Of a stretch of DNA of 64,000 bases, positions 57,522-64,000 are shown piece by piece (the first letter of the stretch is position 1; each line of letters begins with the position of its first letter). The translations under genes and the position numbers were made by a program. Origin of the DNA: Takakia lepidozioides (Eukaryota > Plantae > Bryophyta); the NCBI GenBank assembly GCA_030704615.1, contig CM060732.1, forward strand, positions 81,468,001 through 81,532,000, read 5' to 3'. A model generated the notes under the pieces. The model was given only the letters and a program-made list of their open reading frames with translations. It did not search any database and had not been told where the DNA came from.

Positions 57522-58076
57522 ACGAATTGGCAATCTGAATGGCTTCGAGTAGAACCTATAATAGGTTCTAGAAGAATAAGTAATTTTTGCAGGGCGTGCA
57601 TTATTCTGTTGGGTGCATTAGGATTCTTTTCAGTTGGAATTTCTAGTCACTTCGGTAAAGATTTAATACCCTTTCTATCATCCCAGCAAATTCTTTTTGT
57701 CCCACAAGGAATTGTAATGTGCTTTTATGGTATTGCAGGTCTGTTTCTCAGCCTCTATTTATGGCGTACAATTTTGCGGAGTGTAGGTAGTGGCTACAAC
57801 CAATCCGATAAACGAGAAAAAATCATTTGTCTTTTTCGTTGGGGATTCCCCAAAGAAAATCGTTGTATTCGTATCCAATCTCTCATGAAAGATATCCAAG
57901 CAATACGTATGGAGGTTCGCGAAGGTATTTATCCCTGTCGTATCCTTTATATGAAAATAAAAGGTCAACAAGATGTTCCTTTAACTCGTATTGCGGAAAA
58001 CTTAACTCCGGGAGAAATGGAGGAAAAAGCTGCGGAGTTGGCTCGATCCTCGCGCGTATCAATCGAAGGACTCTAA
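57522..58076 (+). pseudogene. ycf4: ycf4 (photosystem I assembly factor), full-length NUPT copy with an ACG start
   Basis: ACG-AAT-TGG-CAA-TCT-GAA-TGG...GSRRISNF...[19 protein letters not shown]...FRWGFP...[16 protein letters not shown]. Confidence 0.92.
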
Positions 58077-61000
58077 ACTTCACTTTAGGACAAGAAATAG
58101 ATGTTTTTTCTGTTTCTTTTCAGTTCTTGAGAAATAAATAAATTTTTGATAAGAAATGAAAAAAGAAACTGAAAATTCAGTTTTTTTTATGCAACTTCGT
58201 TCTGGCAAAGTATAAGTAGCACTTATGAAATCATACTGGGCACAAAATTCTTGTTAGTCTATTTTGTAATTTTCTTTTTAAGAAAATAAATGTTTTCTCT
58301 TCTCATGTGCCTAATTCTAAAAAATTATAGCGAATATCCTAAATATTCACTTGTGCTCATGTGAGCATGCTCACACGCTACCCAACCTCCCTCCATAGGC
58401 TGGTATTGACGATGGCAATACACTAGCAATGCCCATAAGTGGGCATGCCCGGCCCCAAGGGCCTCGCCACTATTCTTCATTTTTTAGCACATGTCACTTA
58501 GGGCGTTACGTGCCGGCCCATCCAAGAGTTTGGAGGGCGTCGCCCGCCTCAAGACCTATACAAGCCAGCCACAAACACTTTAGAGTTTAGGGTTCCACTG
58601 GAGTATTATCTCCGTATGATCCGGAGCCAAGTCGAGATAGAATGCGATACCTATTCCCCACTTCCCAAATCCAGGTGCCCACCAGATACACCCCTTTGCT
58701 TGCATCCATGCGCTCTAACAACAGATCTCCGGATTGTGAAATCGTATAAACAAACTATGCTCTCACTGACAGTGTCGCTGCAAACAGAAGTATGCTCTCT
58801 CACTGCCAACTCCAAGCAAAACCATGAGCACTCTCACTGCCCAGCTCCAAACAAAACTAGGCTTTCGCTGCCAACTGCAAACTCCTTCTCCAAATCTGTG
58901 ATGCAGCGGGGCAATCTCCAGCTATTCCCTACGCCAACAACTTTAACAAGGAAGCCCCCAACGTAGATAGAAAGGGAGCCCTGGAACGTGAAGCCTCCGA
59001 TCAGCACAAATGATAATCGCTTCCGGTGCGTATGTCGTCTCAACCAGTTTGACTAAATTTGGAATTCAGAACTTTTTTGTGCTCTGTTGTATTTTGGGCA
59101 AAAGTTGTTTTCAGTCTTTCTCTCTACAGTACCATCTCATTTCATTTCTCTCCACGGTCACGCTGTTTGACGGAGCACCTCTAAGATCCTCTTTCTTATT
59201 ATGTGTTGAAACACAGGAAACCTCGTGCCAGTGTACTAATCTGATCAGACTCATTACAGACAAACACACTCAGTTGAAACACGAAGAGCTTCTTCAGAAG
59301 ATACCTTCCTCAACATTTCTCAAATATTTGGATCTGTCAATTGAAATTCATGAGTTGTTGGTGGAGCATTGAACCTATTTGAGGTGGCAAAGAAAGAGAA
59401 ACTATATATGGCCCGAGGAAAGTTTATGGGACAGAAGAAAAGCAACAAACAAGGAAAAAGTGGGCCCCTGAAAAGAACCATAAAGTCAAAAACTCCCTTT
59501 ATGGATATAGTGACACTAAGCAGGAGGTACCAGCTCATTGTTGGATTATGTTGCTCTGCCCCAGCGATTCTAGTGTTCCATGAAAGTTTAAGGATTTGCC
59601 CATTCAGCTTTGTGAAATTTTGATGAGCTTCTCATGGTGACAAGGCCCATGGGCATCAAGATAAAAAACTCCTTCCAGTTATGCCTGTTGGTTGGTCTGT
59701 CTCTGTCAGGAGGAGGGAGTGATTCATCTCGCCCATCGGCCTTGTCACCATGAGAAGTTGCAGAAGAATTGCTCGTCAAAATTAATTCACAGAGTTGAAT
59801 GGGGAAATCCTTTCATAGAACACTAAAAAAAACACCAGGTTTTATACCACACCAGGTTCACACTAGGTTTATAAACAGTTTCGAAGCCTGATGCCATTCC
59901 AGACCAGAACATACATATCTTGCTACAAAAGATCAGACTCCACACATTGCGTGTAAGGGAAAAATATTCCCCAAGTACTTATGCATAGCATTAAACACTA
60001 CAGCTTTTTCCATCTATTACCGTGGGAGGACCGTTGCTCTAGAAATACCACTGCTGCTCCCACAAAGATGTGGAAGTCGATACATATTTATACTTCCAAA
60101 GAATGATCATGGAGCTGAATGTTTGGGGTTATGTACACAATACTTCACATTTCTTGGTGTTTGTAGAATACTGAACTGTCTTGAATGCTCAAGGTCCCCG
60201 TCAGTCTCGCAGAATTGTCTTATATATATTTTTATCTCCAGTATGACATCTTTTCATCGCGCGTGAAGCAAGCTTTGTGAGATACTCAAGTCTGATGTTT
60301 ATTTTTCCGGGGAATTTTGACATTCTCGGCGGATTTATTTTGCCTGAGATCATGGTTCTAAACTGCATTATATGTGAACCTATACACATGTCAGCAAAGT
60401 CGAGATCACAAAGAACTGGTCCGTGAACAAATATGCTGGGAGACTAGACATAGGTTTATTGTTTTCAGTTTATTAGGATATACCGCTGTGAGTTTCTAAG
60501 CTTCCCAGCAGCTTTGCCACGAAGCTAAAAAAGAGCCATGTGTTGAGATACATCACCATATATGGAACTGGTGTCTGGTGAGGAAATCGATGGAGTATCC
60601 GTCACAGTCTTCTCCGCGCTCTCTCTGGATCCCTTTCTCTCTATGAGCTTTCCGCGGACGTTATAAAGCACCATTTCATTTCATTTCTCTTCTCCATGAA
60701 TGTGGCCAAGTTCGTTGTAACAACACTCAAAGAATTGCCAGACCCCCCCTCTCTCTTCGCTCTTCCTTGGTTTTGCGACGCAGAAGACTGCCCCAAAAGC
60801 TATCAGTTGGCCGTAGGCTTCAAACTCTCGTTTGTGGGAAGTTTTCCCATCCAAACGCACGACCTCCTTGCATTGTTCATCCACCAGCTCAGGTCCCGCC
60901 ATCCAAAGTAGCCTCTGAGGAGGACATGGATGACACAATGTCAGAAATGAGGCTTGCACCATACATAGTGTTTGATCCATCAGAGCTGGTGGGAGTCCTA

Positions 61001-62414
61001 AGGGAGACTGCTCCATGCCAAGCTTCTCCCTGGAAATCAAGACTCCCAGAAGATTTTACTCAAATTACTCAAATCAGTTAGATACTGGCTACTTTGCCAG
61101 GAGGGACACTAACAGTCAGTACTCAGTATTGCAGACTTCTCTAGTGAACATTTCTTGGCTATTTACTTTGTTAACCCTTAAACGCCCAGTGCCATAGTTT
61201 GACTTTTTCAGAAAACATGACCCCTTAAGTGAAAAAAATGTGTAACTTTCAGAAAATTAACTTTTTAAAGTACTTGACCGCACATTAGGTGCGTACCTTC
61301 CTCCTGCAATTTAATGCACAACATTTGTAACTTCTTGTTAGGAGTCTTATGAACAGACAACCTTGAGATTTGAAGCATATGGCAAGACAGACAACACTTC
61401 CAACATCTGAACTGACCTCTTGATAGGAAAATCCAGGTCAGCAATGTAGTGAAGTGTAAAGTTAATAAACTATGCACATCAAAAAGGCATACAAAAAAGA
61501 CCCCATCATTTCCCATGTTATTAACCTGATGTAAAACTGGTTGAGGTCTACTCTCAAACTCAAATACATGCCAGGCGCAGTGCACATCCAAGCATAATTG
61601 GATAATGCCATTGAAGCCAAACCAGTCAACCTATAGATCAAGAAACAAGACACCAGCATAGGACATTTGCCACTTCCCTGGGGTTCACAACAGTATTGCG
61701 GCTTTGTCTTGGAAGGGCCCATCACAAACTGTCTGTCTATTATGCAAAGATGATCCAGTTACTTATGATATTCATATCTTACATGAACAGAATTCTGTTG
61801 GGTATGCAACATTGAACCCCTTGTGATTTATCAAGCAACGAGACCTGTGGATGCACACAACTTTCCTCCAAGGACTCACACGAGTCGAAGTGTGTTTGGT
61901 ACAACTTCAAGCCCCAGTTCCAGCCTATGTTATCTTGTGTAGACAATTCAAAGTTTAGAGCGTTTATGGCAATAACCACTCATAAGCATGCAGGATATGA
62001 CAGCGTAGAAGAATACCAAACAAAGGTAGATGCAATAGTTACCTGGAGCTTTGCCTCACCCAAATGTGCCTTCAGGCTCTACACCCAACACAGTCCATCT
62101 TCCCCTTCAGCATCAGGACTTTGGTAGCTAGCTTGCAGAATCAAAGGAAGGCAGACAATTTTTTTGATAATCAGCTCCACAAGCTATCACAAACCGCAAT
62201 ATCTAAAATGAAAGCACCCAAATGTAGTCTTCAAGAGGTGAGCAAGAGATGCATTCATCATCTTTCCTACAGACAGTACCATAGGTCGGCAATAGTTCAA
62301 GGGAACATGAAGTGAAGGCCAAAGGAGGGACATAAACAGACCTGATTGCCAATAAGTTCCCCATTCTTGTGAGCCACAAGCCCATTCTCTGAAAAGACAT
62401 AATCATACTCAAAT

Positions 62415-63236
62415 TCCCGTGAAATTTCCCGGAAATTTCCACAACGAAATGAAATTGACGAAATTAACAATTATGCGAAACTAACACATAAAGAACAAAT
62501 AGCCCCTATACCTGATGGACATTAACCCCTATAGGCGCGATTTTTTCTCCATAAGCTCAATTTTAAGGTCATTTCCCTTGCCAACAAAAAAGAAAAAAAA
62601 ACCATGCATTGCGAAAATCCGCCTGAGAAACAATCAGATTGTGGCCCCACACATACACACACGGAAAAAAAGAAAAAAAAAAGAAAAAAACCATGGATAA
62701 TTTTGCCTTGCAAAAATCCGCTTGAGAAACAATCAGATTGTGGCCCGACACATACACACGGAAAAAGAAAGAAAGAAAAAGAAACCATGGATAATTTCGC
62801 AATGCGAAATCCCGCCTGAGAAGCAATCAGATTGTGGCTAAAAGGACGAATAGGTCAATTTTAAAGCCCCCACCCATTCCTTTTGGATGTAGGATTTTTG
62901 GGTGACGGGACTTTTCCGTGCAAACCCACCGCTTGCTTAGTTTGTTCCCATATCACCAAGTATTTCTTAGTGCAAATTTCACCACGGGTTAGTTTGTGCC
63001 CATATCACCAAGTGTTTCTCAATGCGAAATTCAATGCCACCACTATCGGTTTAGGGGTTTTGGCTACACTACTGAAGGTTTCGCCTTGCTGAGTTGGCAC
63101 ATATGTACTGTACAAATGCACCAGTTTTCTATACCCGCTTATGGTTTTAGTCCGTGTTGAAAACATATAACTACTATGACCAAGGTTTAACATTATAAAC
63201 TCCCATGACCATGGGTTGTGCTCACAGGATACCAAA
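62415..63236 (-). mobile_element. Second copy of the 37478-38975 repeat, without the CACTA insertion and with an internal ~90-bp tandem repeat (about 62590-62835)
   Basis: Reverse-complement similarity to both ends of 37478-38975. The unit aatccgc.tgagaa.caatcagattgtggc occurs three times. Confidence 0.7.
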
Positions 63237-63499
63237 CCCCAAAAAATTTAGTAACCGCAACCGCAGGTTATTAGTTTCCAAAATTTTGATGCAACTGGAA
63301 CCGCCGGTTATGAAAAAAATCAAATAACCGCCCAACACTCGATTTGACCCATCAACATAATCGGCCATCCCAGCCGATTCGGCAGTACACCCTGGGTGGC
63401 TGTGGCCGATTCGGCCTGAGAATTAGTCTTAAAAAGCGGCCGAATACTCCACACGAGAGACCCCCGACGGCCCATGTGTAGTCGTGTAGACACCGCTCA

Positions 63500-63860
63500 C
63501 CCCACACAACGGGCAATTGCACTCTCCCTTTCCTCTCTGCTTCTGTTTGCTGTTCAAAGGTAGGCTTCCTGCCCTGAGTTTAAATTTCAGTCTAGTGCCG
63601 AGAGTGGGTAGACCCTTGAGGTCATCCAAGATGTCCTCCCCCATGTCACAGACTGGAAACAAGTTCAGGGAAGTTTTCTGCCTAACTTCATTTTCATCAG
63701 ACAATCTCATGGCAATAGACATGGCTGAGGACACTACAGCCTCTAAGTCAGATTTATCTAGCAGTGTCAAGACTTGCGGATCCAGGTCCAGATCCTTGAG
63801 GATCTCTTCTACTCTCTTCTGCCAGGACTTAGCCTGATGACAGGGCGGTCCTGTTTCCAA
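63500..63860 (-). mobile_element. LINE ORF C-terminal fragment, same family as 13185-14070
   Basis: SWQKRVEEILKDLDL...LKGLPTLGTRLKFKLRAGSLPLNSKQKQRGKGECNCPLCG, nearly identical to 13980-14070. Confidence 0.75.
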
Positions 63861-64000
63861 GATATAGAGTCGATTAACTTAGGAGAGAAATGTCAAGGTA
63901 GCAGGATTTGACCCCAGAATCATCTCGGTGGCACTCAGTGCACTATCCAACTGAGCTGCATACTGTCGGTAAAATTTTAGAACCATTCAAACCGAATAGC

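Noticed and set aside
58600-62400. Possible gene(s) in scattered ORFs such as 59588-59779, 60696-61081 and 62064-62315
   Set aside because: No recognisable domain and no consistent exon chain could be assembled. They may be decayed sequence.

Overview
Eukaryotic nuclear DNA from a non-seed land plant. This is inferred from spliced genes, TTTAGGG telo-boxes, and a plastid insertion carrying chlL/chlN whose codons need dense C-to-U editing. Conserved genes: an LLP-homolog (699-1217, -), PUS10 (6783-15636, -), an intronless F-box protein (17620-18822, -), a DUF1218 membrane protein (29820-32468, +) and a cytosolic lysyl-tRNA synthetase (42226-49381, -). Between them lie four BTB/POZ modules of the At4g08455/SIBP1-like type (often Cys-containing N-terminus, coiled coil, BTB, PxLLxxL[YF] helix), all split by a phase-0 intron at the same site. 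The main finding is that three of the four carry a phase-1 splice donor just after the terminal helix, which splices in frame onto unrelated downstream exons. These are an HNH-like Zn/nuclease module (34817-35100), an acidic tail (33180-33295) and, via a GC-AG intron, a four-exon extension ending in a trihelix (Myb/SANT-like) DNA-binding domain (52219-54352). This suggests an exon-shuffled family of CUL3 adaptors with swappable C-terminal modules. Also present: five head-to-tail non-autonomous Helitrons (1782-6509), a chimeric unedited NUPT (chlN-chlL joined to ycf4), a RING/U-box intermediate, a CACTA insertion with its empty site in the same window, a CRE-like RT fragment, a hAT-like element and several LINE 3' fragments. 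All gene models were built by hand from the sequence and need transcript confirmation.
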